Made by a program: the position numbers and the translations under genes
Notes under the pieces: generated by a model
Databases searched by the model: none
What the model saw: only the letters and a program-made list of their open reading frames with translations
What the model was told of the DNA's origin: nothing
Shown: piece after piece, positions 48,855 through 61,722 of the stretch
How the letters are laid out: each line of letters starts with the position of its first letter
Position numbering within the stretch: the stretch's first letter is position 1
Source of the DNA: Botryllus schlosseri
Lineage: Eukaryota
Assembly: GCA_051294905.1 (NCBI GenBank)
Contig: CM119386.1
Location: 3,162,001 to 3,226,000 of the forward strand
Length of the DNA: 64,000 nt
Reading direction: 5' to 3'

Positions 48855-49121
48855 TCATTCTCCCAAGTTCACGAGCAATAGCAATAGCTTGTCGCATGGA
48901 ATTTGTGATATTATGGGGTACGCTTCATCAGGCAATCCATGTAATCCTTTTGTTACGAACATAAAATATGGAAAATGGGGTATCATATGACAGCGATCTT
49001 GATAACGCTTAAAAAGATTGTCACGTACATATAATTGGGAATAATATGGTAATTGCTCGCGAATTCTATTTATAGAAAATATTGCGGTGATGTCACTATA
49101 TACTATATAGCTAAACGACAT
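48855..49121 (-). other. Unassigned ORF (88 aa; frame extends upstream through one stop)
   Basis: Protein-like composition; C-terminal LPDEAYPIISQIPCDKLLLL; no family recognised. Confidence 0.3.
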
Positions 49122-49478
49122 CAGGAGATGAATATCAAGCGTCCATCGAGAAACGTCACTGAGATTCTGGTTGAAAAGGTCCGTAAAAAGTTTGTAGAAT
49201 ATAAAGAATCAGTTTCGAAGCATATCGTTTCTTTTTTGAGTGCATTCTTTATGATACATATTAATACCTCGGTTCCGTTTTTACAAAATATAACTATATT
49301 CATATTCAGACTTGTACCACTGAAAAGTCAATATATATTGTTTTCGGGTAATCTTCTTCAGAAACAGTCGTATAGATAAACAAATAATAATGACAACTAA
49401 AATAAAACCACACCTTACGTATCGAGAGTATTCGTTTCTGGTTTGCTGTACTAACTACAAAGTTTAGTAAATAGGCAC

Positions 49479-49808
49479 ATGGATGTATCTACAAAACTGT
49501 TGGTCATTGGGATCCTGCACAAATTAAACATCGATTCGGCTCGTCAACGTGGAAACGTGTATCATTTTATATTACAATACGGGATGCTTAAAGATTGGGG
49601 AGGTTGGGAGCTTTTCGATTCCAAGTTTGAGTTCTCATACATCGATGAAATTGATTTGGTTGACTTCGCGATAGAACACTACGTTCCATCCGGGTCAGTG
49701 GTGTTGCAAAACCCTCAATCTAGAATGAACGTCGGTCATGCTATAAGCGGACAGCAGGAATTGCAAACCGAATGCTGTAAATTGATCAGCGATGTCGAAA
49801 CACCATGA
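49479..49808 (+). other. Unassigned intronless ORF, 109 aa
   Basis: ATG start, uninterrupted frame, globular-looking composition; no family recognised. Confidence 0.35.
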
Positions 49809-52642
49809 TAAAAAACAGCAACAACTTGAGTTTGCCTTATGCTCTCTCTCAATGACATGCTGACATACGATTATATTCAGAACACAGCGTATCAGTTCTA
49901 TTGATATGATATAGAATGTTGTGTATTAAAAGAGGAGTTGCACAGAGTTCATGGTACTGTATCACGAGATCAAGCATTACGAAGTTGAACCAAGCGGTAA
50001 TTTCCAGCACAGTAACAGCGAAAAATCTGATGTGACATGCTTTCGTATCGAAAAAGAGCAATCGAAGCAGACATCTATCAAGTTTATCAACAGTGTGAGG
50101 TCATTCTGAAACTACCCAATTGCGTTTAGTTGCCTGTTTGTGTAAAATGTAACAAAAAACGTATCAGACAGAAATCTATTTGTTATACTCATACTCACAT
50201 CTAGCTGCGCTAATAAACATATTATCTTTGGACGCAAACCAGAATCGACCACAAACGACGGTGTTGTCGTCGTAAAATCGCAGTCATAATATTCAAGCAC
50301 GAAAATAGCAGCCCCAATATATTGGAAAATAAACAGTTAACTGGTTACATACTTTCCTCGAGTAAATGATTAAAAAAAAGTGTCGAGTTGAATGAACGCC
50401 GTTTTAATGTTGTTGTAACGTACCAGGAGGGCAGTTTTCAGTACACAACCCACGAGGCGAACACATAAACGCAGTGTACTCTCGACGAAAAATTCTGCGC
50501 GTGATCCAAAACGCTAATCTGCCGTCCGCGGTAATTCGCTGGAAGCGACGTTCCGCGGAGCCCTACGAGGCAAGTCACGTTGAAAGGTTTTTCAGTAATT
50601 AATTCTCGGTAATCTGCCATCTGAGTCATGGCGATAACATACCTATCCGGGAATTGTAGACAATAAGATAATCGCACATTCTTATCTAAAATGATGAGCT
50701 TGGCCCTGCAATCGCGTCGTGATCGACAACGATACGCGCCGATAACATCTCAAACTGTAATCGAACAGGCGATGAATTATTAGCAAGTGACAGATACAAC
50801 ATATACATTACGTCTACGCTTTATTTCGATGTGGCAACATCAAAATATGATCTTACCCTAGTACACCACAGTTAAATTCGTATGGTCACGGAAATGACGA
50901 GGTAGGCCTACGCCAGGTTTTTCGGCCCAATAGTCGGAGTGCACGCATTGTCTCATGTAGTGTAGACGGTCCGATTGTAATGGCATTTGAAGTGTGCAAC
51001 TGTGCATGGATAATATCCGATTGTTTTCAATGCCTCCAACCATGCACCATGCCCAACTCCAGGCTGGAGCAATCTATACATCTCGTAATACGTATTAGGG
51101 CTATATTGTCGTGACATTATGCTGGTACTGTAGTGACGATCCCATTAACTTCAGAACGACGACCTTTGCGTGCCTACAAACAGGGTATCGCGTGCGGAAC
51201 CCAGTCCAACAAAAATTTGTATACACCCATAGAGTCATAAGAAAATATTAGCCGCATGGCTAACACTTGTTCATTTTCGCAACTTAATGACAGGCCCGGC
51301 AACTGCGCCAGAACATCAATGTTATCGCGCTGCAAATCTCAGTCGCCTCACTCAAACTCTCATGGCGCTACAACACCGTTGCACGACAAGGCGTTGAGTG
51401 GCTGTCGGTTTAATCATCTCTTCGCGTGACACCGTCGTGAAAGTGGAGCAAGCACTACTTTGGTGGCATTAATGACTGATGAAGATCTAATTCAGCTCTA
51501 ATCAATCGCATCGCCCGCAACTTCATATAGACGAGAAACCGCAGACCAGCAGTTAAATTTGGAGTATTTAGCAGAAGCATGCGGGCATGCGTAGGAGAAT
51601 TTAAAACACGCAAAATCGATTTCATTCGACGCTCCGTCAAAAAAAGGTTCTCTGGCGCGGAATACCTATCGCCAGATTCGCTCATTTGGAGATACCAATC
51701 TTGAACAAAAATCAATGATACGATAAACAACAGCAACGAGGGAGAATTCGTGACCTGCTCTTCGCCTGTTTACATTACCAGATGACAGATAAAGTCGTTG
51801 ATAACCTACATATTGACCACGCCAGGATCTAGGATCAGATTCGAGCGCAAATCGAAAAATGAGTGCCTGATGACCGGATACTCGAGATTCCGGCAATCTT
51901 ACAGCGGCAGTGTCCCGCACTGCATACAATCCCTACTCCTCAGATATAGTTTCAGTTCATTGTGAGCTACCGCTCCACCTTTTGCATAATAAGCGATCAT
52001 GAGGATATCCCGCATCGCCCCTCTTCACCGCTCAACAACGATTGAAGTGTGGACGCCATTAGTTAGGGAAATATGCCGCGATGAGAAGATTTTGGTGGGA
52101 CGCAAAACAAAGCTAATTACATATAAAGCCCAAACTGGCCATTATTGTCATATGCTGGAATGTACCGATACATATGCATGAGTGATAACTTCATTGCCTC
52201 GCTCAATTTCTGTCCATGCCCGCAAATTTTGCAGTTACCCCTTTCGGACGGTAACCAATCATAAGTCTTGTAATCGATTTTCCTCCGATCAAATTATAGC
52301 GGTTCTTCATGGACTTTCAATATGAACCCACTGCGTAACATGATACGAGGTCGCAGAAGTTATCAACCCGCGTCTATAATCAGCACAATCTTTTCTTCAA
52401 TAACGGATTACTTTTGTACATTGTAAAGCGACACTACGCTAAGTAATAATAATTTCAGAACGTTTATCGTTCACGGATTCATTTTGTTCAATTCATTATG
52501 CGGTTCTCTATCGATACGAGTAGGTTCATGACATTCCCGAATGTCTCGTATCGAAAGCTCATTTTTGGGCCGTCTTCTGGTCCAAAGCATTCGGGTTCGG
52601 GCAAGGTTCGGGCCTTGTGCACCAGGACCGAACCCTCTATAT

Positions 52643-53484
52643 CAGTGGTTCCCAACCTTTTTTTCTTAATTCCCTACTTCCGAATTATTCTAAGCCTTCA
52701 TTCCCCACGTGAAATCTCTATATCCACCCTTTAAAAATGCTATCTCCAATAACATTTGGCAAGACTTTGCTTAATAAATACGTGCTATTGGTGATTGTTA
52801 AGATTCCCGGAAATTATAAACACACAATTAAATCAGCACAGCAGTGAACTGGTAACCGTAAACGCGCGTCCGTAAGTATGTATCTATACCCGGGCGCGGA
52901 GCTAACAGAAAAATAGGAGGGGTTTGAAAATTTTTCAATTGTTGCGAGGTAGCATCAATTTACCTGCGTAAATACCGAATAATATATGGATCAGATAAAC
53001 TTCCTGACGTTGACGAACTCATGCGTGTGATATATATAAGCCACCGTAAACTATACTTTCGCACGCTACTAAAAGACCTCGAAATTAAAGAAATACATAA
53101 TTTAATTTGTCGTAGCAAATCCGAATGTGGCAACGTGCTATCAATTATCGCGTCCGCGATCTCCCTTGAATACATATTCAGCAATATCAGCTCCTATTAC
53201 AACGAATCAGGATACTTCAATCGCTCCATTTCATGTGCAAATGAATAACACCATATGTTGGAGATCGCGTGCCGCTATCCAGGCGATTCTCGCTAATTGG
53301 AGACACTGAATTGCTGATTTGCAAATGAGCTAAGAAATATTAGAGATACGATCGGCATTTCAAAAGGACATTTAAAAAAGGAGATTATTGCTGTGAATAT
53401 TTTTTTCAAAAGCGAGTCTATTCCCCATCAGAAATCCCGAAATTCCCCACCAGTGGGGAATTCCCCACCGGTTGGAAACCACTG
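52643..53484. mobile_element. hAT-Charlie-like non-autonomous element (young)
   Basis: CAGTGGTTCCCAACC / GGTTGGAAACCACTG; perfect TSD CTCTATAT. Confidence 0.9.
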
Positions 53485-54124
53485 CTCTATATGGTTCAAC
53501 CACATTATAATTTATGTGTTGTGAGTCGGTACCCATCACCATATATAAACCTTTACGAGACATAAGTGGTCATTAGCCGCACAACTGTTTCCTTAAAGTC
53601 AATATACTAAATATGTTTCTCGTTAGTGTGCGAAGTTTTTCATTAATGCATTGTTCTTGGTATTAACCAGCGCAGGACACTTCTAAAATAAGGAGAAATG
53701 TTGGAATTACAACCAAGCAGTGAATTTTATTATATGTCGTGTTTCATTGGAGATATTATCCTGACAGTAAGAGTTGAACGGAATCTATGTGGAATGTGTT
53801 TAAATTCCATAGGATCGCAAATTTTTCAGGAGCGCGCAAAACATGAGCGACATGCGTGCAGAAATGGAGGAGTCAACCGATCTGATATCCGACGTTCAAC
53901 TGATTGAAAGGAGAAACGATATTGATCTTTTAATAGGGCCGGACTAAAATAATATTTTGGCCCACGCCGATGCGCAGAAGTCACGTTGAAAGGATCATGC
54001 AACGCCGCCTTTCCATCACATTAGTCTCGGATTTTTGAGAATCGGCATGTGACAGTACCGGTAACGAGAAACACCACTGCCTCAATCCATTCAGGATATA
54101 ACAATGCACTCCATAACAACTCAC

Positions 54125-54207
54125 TTGTCGTCTGTCGCGGCTTCTTCTACATCTTCTTTCTGCTGCGCCGGCTCCACAGTCTTCAGTGACATTTCTTCTG
54201 CCGACAT
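54125..54207 (-). CDS. Probable first coding exon (MSAEEMSLKTVEPAQQKEDVEEAATDDK), tentatively of the PDE9-like gene
   Basis: ATG, acidic open frame, strong donor AA|GTGAGT in phase 2. Confidence 0.55.
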
Positions 54208-56961
54208 TCTATTCACAGATTTCAAAATTCCAGTGGTATGCTAAACTGTACTCTGTACTGTTGAGATGCAACGCAAGAATAGATCGTATGATAATATATG
54301 TAAAGTAGGCTAGCTACTACTATTAGAAAGGTGCCGTAAGCACTATCATTGTATAAATTTACATTGCTTTAATCGATCGCGCTGTTAAGACAAACAGAAA
54401 ACAAGAGTTGACACAGACACGGTCCGTATGAATGCTAAAACATGGCGAGTGTAGGTAGACTGCACAGTTGACGCGCAAGGTCGTAAATACGTGAATTCCT
54501 AACGAGACCGGAATCAATATTGAAGGTCGCGATATGTTTTGGGAAGGTAGGCCTACCGCAGAAAACCTATTAGTTCGCAGTAAAGTCTATCGATCCTCTT
54601 ACTTCATCGATTATTTCGAAGTACTAATCCTGCAATCATGACTTATTATGCACAGCGATCAATAATAAAAACTACATTCGACACCACAGAAGGAAGCTTC
54701 TCCTACAATCTAGAATGAGGACAATTCCGCGCAGGAGCATTGACTTGAGTTATCTATGGTTCATCTCACCACTGTAGTGCTCCATTCTATTTGGAAGCTG
54801 CTCTCTTATCGCGACAGTCCTAGCAAGAAGTGGGCACGACTCGCGGAAATAGAACCCCTAAAACCAGCTGGCGCAGCCTGAGATTTGATTAGCACCTGCC
54901 AAGGCTTGCATACATTTTTAAACATCGATATAAAGTTCCTGAATCAATAACAAGTGCCTTGCATAATATATCCAGGTGACACGCTTCTCTTTTATGGTTA
55001 ATAAGTTCCATGTGCTTGGGTCCTTAGGTAACCATGATTATTCTAAAAAGTTTGACAGGATGTTTTCCGTCGTTAATTCTATATAATTCTTGCATCCTAC
55101 TGCGACGGCATTTAAGATCTCAAAAACATATGACACGCACAATGCACTAATGCAGTGTATTGGCTTAGCAATCCCGATACGTGGAATATACTTTCTCTTG
55201 GCCTGTCTGATGAGAATGAGTACCGCAACCTGACAATCTCCGTAATACATACCACCTCACACAAACAAAGGCTACTTGTATTTAACTAGATCTAAACTCA
55301 CATCGTAAAATGACCAATGCCAATGTATGTACAATGTACATGGACAATTATATAACATACATATCCATTAATCCAATGTTTGAAGTTCATAAATAGCGCA
55401 GCTTCACAAAAGCTTTGTACTTTACAATTTGGCGACACCCGTGATCAATGGCAGTTGGAACAGCTTTTCGTACGGTATAGAACAAGTCGAGCGTATAGTA
55501 ATAAATTATTACTATTAAGTACTGTAATAATAGTTGCTCGTCGGTGCCGAATAGCCTATATAGTGGACAGAACACGAAGTAATATTAAGTCCTATAGTTT
55601 ATATACACGATTATATACCTACTACTCCTGAAACCCCTAAAGTTTAAACTTCGTCCGAGAGGCTTTCGAAGTGAAGGCTTGGTGGTATAAAGACGTAACT
55701 GAATAATATCTATGACAGAGTTATTAGAGTCATTGTTAATTCAAACCTAACTTCTTTGTTATGTTTGCTTAGGACACGGTATTATAATTTTCTTTTCAAC
55801 AATAGCATAATAGCACGCCGGCTTACAATAACGAATTAGGGTGAGCACAATTTGGTAGCTACTGGATAGTGCTCCTGGCTTAGGCCTATTTGTCTTTTCT
55901 GAATGACGCTATACAGGAGGGAAATGATAAATATTAGTAATGACGCCGCCCTATATGGTATTCCTTTCAAAGTTGTAGAAGGTTGCTATTATTCTACGTT
56001 ATCATCTCGATCGTGACCATTTGTCACTGGGGTTTGGTCGTAACATTGACTTTGCCGCGCAATAAAATGGGGCCAGAAACTATCACAGCGTTATGGCGTT
56101 CTGACTATAACGAAAATATTGAGTGTTACCCATGCCTGTAGCCTAACAATCACGTAAAATATCGGCTGTGTGTATGATTCCAAGTTACAGAAAAATTATT
56201 AGCAAGTCGCTAATTCGTTGTTCGCAACAGTGATACTCAACACTGAAAGGTGCGCATTGCGAAATCTCATCATCGCTATACTTAACCCTCACAAAAACGT
56301 CAAAGCTGTGTCATCCATTGACGTCAATTGTACGGGATATAATTCGTCATTCGACAACCATGCTGTGGCTACGTAATCTATCTTGTAAGGGGTTAATTAG
56401 TAGATAGCTGTGCTGTGTCACAGTTACGAGGATAGCAAATTACAAATTGCTAGCGTAATTGCTACTGGCGACTATCTGATAAGTTATAATTATGAAACTG
56501 CTGACATCTAGCGGATGTAACCATTTCGTATTGGTGGCGTAAAACATGGGTCGGCAAGCTGTTTTGCCCCGCGGATAGGTTCTAAAATAAATATTCTTTT
56601 CGCGAACAGGTCTTCAAAAAACGCAAATGTTCAACATTTGTTCCACGTCATGCACAATGAGGTTGTTATAAGGTACGAGCCTTGGACTTGTCTTGCCGTG
56701 ACTGTAAACGCTTTCCACTATAGGGATGGTGTGAACGTGAGGTTCACGTTCGCGTTCGGTGTGTGAACCTCAGAAATTTAGAGTTTCACGTTCACAAACG
56801 AACCTTGGTAGGTTCTGCACTGTGAACCTTTTTCGTAATTACAATTTTCACCTCGTTATAACATCTTTGGATTGAAATTGATTGCATTTCAACTGCGGGC
56901 CACTCTATGCATGGCGCTGGCAGAATAAAAATTCAAACACTAAACGGCCATGCACCCTGAC

Positions 56962-59519
56962 CAGGGATATCTAGACTAGGGATTGATAACTCTTTTTTGC
57001 CCGTTACGTGATGAGGGCTAAATTCAAATTATCCGAGGTCTGCTGTTTGCACCTACTACCACTACCTACTGTTGCCCACTATTACTCCTTCAAGTTAGAT
57101 AGCAAATTGTTGATGACATCATATGACCATGACGTCATAACGACTATGACGTCACAAATACTTTTCTTTATTATAATATTCTCGTGAAATGGCATGCAAT
57201 TAATTTACTAGAAACACAAGATAAACTGTTACAGGACATGCAATGCCACCAATTCTGATCATGTCAATCCTTGGAAACCTTTGTCGTAAGCGTCCTCATT
57301 TAATGTAGTTTCTTTGCTGGCGGCTCAATTAGAGATGGTGTGCTGTTGAATCGCGTAAGTTCCTTCTTCGCAAAGCAATTGAAAGCTGCCTGGACGATGG
57401 AGTTGCAGTGTGCTTGACCTGATTGACAGCAGTTATTCAACAGAGGGCGAATTAGGCTGGACAAATGAACCACCTCGTGAGTTGCCTCCGTGAAAACAAA
57501 TCTTTGGTTTTGACAGCAAGATGAATGGAATCACTTATGATGGTGAAATATTTGACAGCAAGCGCCGTTATTACAAAGCATAGCCCGGTAGGCTCAGCAA
57601 GTCCAACTCGATCAGCCATTTTGAATATTTTTTGTATTCTTCTGGGATGCATAAATCCAAATCCGGAACGTCACAGTTGGTTATCAGCAATTTCTTTGCA
57701 ATCCATGCACTTTCGTCGCGCAGAAATTCATCGGCCAATGTACCCACTGACAAAATATGTGACACTGGCCTCTTCAATTGTGATGAAATTCAGCGGTGTG
57801 GAGATAGGCAAAAAAGCTCACCATCTATATATAATCTTCTGCAGGTTGTGGACACATCCTTTCATTTCTTGTAAAGGCATGTAGAATGGATTTCTCTTCC
57901 CGGTAGCTTTATTGGGACTTTTCACTGACACGATAATCGATATACTTTCAATGAATTCCAGATACTGCGCAGTTTGTAAAAGTCCAGAGAATTTGCAAGA
58001 GGCTTCTTCATGCAGGAAAATGTATAGGCGACATTCGAGCAATACCGCTAGGATTCAAAGATACTTTAGTCAATATGCAAGCAGCTTAGACGGGAAGGCC
58101 ATCTTGAACTTCATACAATATCCGTTTGAGGCTGAACTTCGCATTGCACGACACTCCTAAATATCCTCATGACCAGCAGTGGGAGGATTCATCCGATTCA
58201 TTCTCTGATGTCTCTATCCAGTGAAATTGCAGCGAATCATTGGTGCGCACAGAACTATATATGGATGGTAGTGTCTCAATCTCAATTATCTCCTGAAATA
58301 TTTGCTTGTTACGGCCCTCAATCAGAGAATTTTGCGTATCACGTCTCGCAGAAGCACTTGATTTGGTACTCAAATACTCCGACAGATTCGGGGAAAATAT
58401 GAGGAACAACACCCGGTTTCAAACGCGATCTTGATAATTTCTGAAATTGATGCTTGTTTCGGCGGGTGCTGTTTGTATCACGGGTATCTTCCATGAAGTC
58501 ATCAGGAGAGAAATGCTTTGCACACACCCTGGTGTATATATAGTGACTATCCAATCTTTGCGTGGAATCGCTCTAATCCATTTTTCGCATAAATTTTACT
58601 CTGGTGGAAAAAGAAACAGGCGCTTATGTAAAACTGAGCCTTCATCTATTGTGGCACTTTTTCTGGGTTTGTATCCAGTACGGTAATTTGGCACACAGCA
58701 TGTAGGCCTATGTACCATTCATCATTCGTAGTGTCAGCGTCAGATATATTCAAGCCTAGGATAGTTAGTTCTAGAAATTAATGGTGTTAAAATGGAAATT
58801 ATATGATATAGGCGTGTAGGCCTATAGGCCTAAAGCCCTGCACGCCTATAGGTATGTCTGTCTATATATGGTATAGCATCAGTAGATATAAGTATGTCAA
58901 TACAAAAAACAAACGAGTACAAATCCGCCAGTCACTACCAGTACTGAACCAGCATGGTAAAACGTAATGACATGTGTAGCCACTAGCCATTACCGATGAC
59001 TCTCCAGCATAGAAAAACTGAACGAATCTAGTGGCTATTACCGGTACTGCTCATGCGTGAAAACTGAACGACCTGACTAGTGAGTAGCCAATACCGGTAC
59101 CGCTCCAACATTGAAACTATAAAAACTTATCCTTAGCTCACTTCATTAAGATCTACGGTCAGTCCATATCTTATATCACGACGCAGTTAACGATGAACGC
59201 AAACCCTCAACCAGAATTTGAATTAGGAATACCGGTACTACCCAATCGCGACCGCCATCGACGCTTCGCACAAGGTTTATGAGACAGGCGAAGGTTGCCA
59301 GCTGACTACGATGTACGTACAATGTCCGTAACTTATCTCGTAGATGCCTGGCGAAGAGTATATATCCCCGTAATAACGAATAACAACGAACACAAACTGA
59401 ACTGCGAGCGGAACGACACTCCTCCGCCTCAACTCCTGTTGGACAAGAATGCCCTCATTCCGTCAACTCAGTACGCGGTCACGTGACTAGTTATCAATCC
59501 CGTAGTCTAGATATCCCTG
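56962..59519 (-). mobile_element. P-superfamily transposon, internally deleted (2558 bp)
   Basis: 30/31-bp TIRs CAGGGATATCTAGACTA(C)GGGATTGATAACT; perfect 8-bp TSD ACCCTGAC. Confidence 0.92.
57300..58718 (-). pseudogene. P-element transposase pseudogene (THAP, central fragment, C-terminus)
   Basis: MVHRPTCCVPN..FLFP..KWIRAIPRKDW..RVCAKHF..LKPGVVPHIFP (THAP; one stop, one frameshift); TAQYLEF..VKSPNK..RNP; EASVTYFVSGYIG; DRVGL..P; AAFNCFAK. Confidence 0.85.
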
Positions 59520-61184
59520 ACCCTGACAGTCTCAAAATTTTACTTGTTTTGTTGCAAAAGTTTGCTCGAAATATCCAGCTTTCCGTTTGAGAATATTTAG
59601 TGACTCTTTGCTCCTGTGAGCTAGATCCGCAATCACACAACAGCAAGAGCGAGATACACTACATGTATAGTCAGCGAATGATGCTTGATCAATGATCATC
59701 CAATCAATGAAATTGATATCGTTGTCTGATGTAAAAAATGTAGCGGGCGTATGGGGTCAATCTTGACTTCATATGTTTATTGTATCATAAAAACCAAATC
59801 CGTGCTACTGCTGTTAATGAGGAAATATCGCGACAAGTATAGAATGCAGTTTTACACTCTGCTCAATATCAGCAACGTAACCATACTCAGACGCCGAATA
59901 CATTGTCCGGTCTGGCCTAGACCGTTAAAGCGTAAGCATGTATTCCGTTGCAAGTCCTCGTCGAAATTGTTGGCAAAGCGACGAAAGATATTGATTTTAT
60001 GGGATTATTGTATCATTTGATTGCTCCAGTTGATACATTTTGCGACGATTAACACGTCAATACGTACTTCAGCATAGTGGCATTATGTGGCCCGAGTCGT
60101 CGCTATGCTGTATCGTGTACAATAATATATCACTTCACTGAAATACAGGGTTAGAATTAGCAATATGACGTCACGTGACGTCATGAGGTTCACGTTCGCG
60201 TTGACACAGAACCTTCAAAAAGGTTCGCGTTCACACGAACCTGAACCTTTCAGAGGTTCACACCATCCCTACTTTCCACCTAGGAATTCTATAATTTGAT
60301 GACACGCGAAATGTAGCCTATCATGCGCGTCCTTCTTCTTTTCCTGATTTCGTCTTTGTTTCTGCCATTTCAAAACTCGCATAAATATAGGATATCACGA
60401 ATGGAAGCAAGGCTTCAATGCTTTGTATTGCACTCTTAACTATCACGAATATGTTCCTTGAATTTACGTGAAGTCCAAGATTATACTGGATTGATAAAAG
60501 ATATTCCCAACAAACTACTTTCTAAAGCATTGGTTCCCAAACTGCGAAGCGTGAGAGCCTTTCAAGTGGTATCGGGCGACTTTTAAGTATCTAGAAATTT
60601 GTGAATTTTGCAAGTCGGAAAAGCATAACAACTATAAATGAATGGCTAGGATTTAGAGTCGAGTATCAGTAAACCCTTTGAAAAATCATCTGTTAAGGCA
60701 GGGGTTCTTGAACTTTTTAGACCGCGACCCATATCTGAGTTTTATTTCATCTCGAGACCCAAGCCTCATGTCGACATGAATGTATTTTTAATGTCAGTAT
60801 GACTCGAAACAATAACTTCATATTGTTAATTCATTCGCTAAAAGCTTTTCGACTGACTCAAATGGCTTGTTTAATGCCAGTATGCTACGTATTTACGAGC
60901 ATGCATGAAATAGAGAAGGCGCAGACAACCAGTTGTACGCAATGCAGTTCTATGAAACATGTGTCATGCACGCGATTTCAAATCGGGGTGCTTTTTTCCT
61001 CTGCGGGCCACATTGGTACTGCGGGGCTCAGATTCCAAGGACGAGACTATTCGGTGCCGACCATTTCGAAGACCAGATATTTCAATATTGAAGGTTTTGG
61101 CCAACCAGCAGTGGCCATTTTAGTTTTTATCGCCTTCATCCTGCATTTTTAGCACCGCATTTTGGCCGCAGCCGCATGTAGGCC

Positions 61185-61722
61185 AATGATGTTGTAAAGC
61201 GAACGCCAAGTGGTCGTGCGATGCGCAAGCCGAAGAGGTTCCAACCGACTTGATTGCCTGATTGTTTTTTCATTTGAGTTGATTACCTAGTGCGTGTTAC
61301 CTAAGGTGTACGTTAGATTGTGCTTTGAAATTCAGTTCGTTTTGGGTGCTGTGCACGACGGTTACCTTTATTGAACGGCGCGCCGAATTGACACGTTTCG
61401 AAGACTATTGAGGGCTGAGACGGCATCGTATTTAAACTCTCACGGTGTGAGGTGTTGGAGTAATTTCTCGTCTTGACTTTGATTTATCTGTATGCAAGTC
61501 ACTGATCTTTTTTCGGAATTTTGTTAGTAAAATTCTACAAATGCTTCATGTTTCATGTGTCCCGGCGCGGGCGGAAAGGGTGGCCTCGAAATACCGTTGC
61601 ACAGTGCACGTCTTACGTTAAAGCAGCCCAACGGTCACCGGGGGCGTTAAGCGATACTAGGAATATTCTGCTCTTTCACAATTGCGAATAAAGTCGATTC
61701 ATTTCTGTAAACTATGCGTACA
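61185..61722 (+). mobile_element. Possible LTR-retrotransposon 3' end and LTR
   Basis: RTPSGRAMRKPKRF* resembles Gypsy pol C-termini; a TG..AATAAA..CA segment lies at 61446-61722; no clear polypurine tract. Confidence 0.3.

Larger units (their letters stand above)
56721..60271. mobile_element. hAT-type non-autonomous element hosting a P element
   Basis: Perfect 16-bp TIR TAGGGATGGTGTGAAC; GGTTCAC subterminal repeats; CTTTCCAC on both flanks (56711-56718 with 2 extra nt; 60272-60279). Confidence 0.85.
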
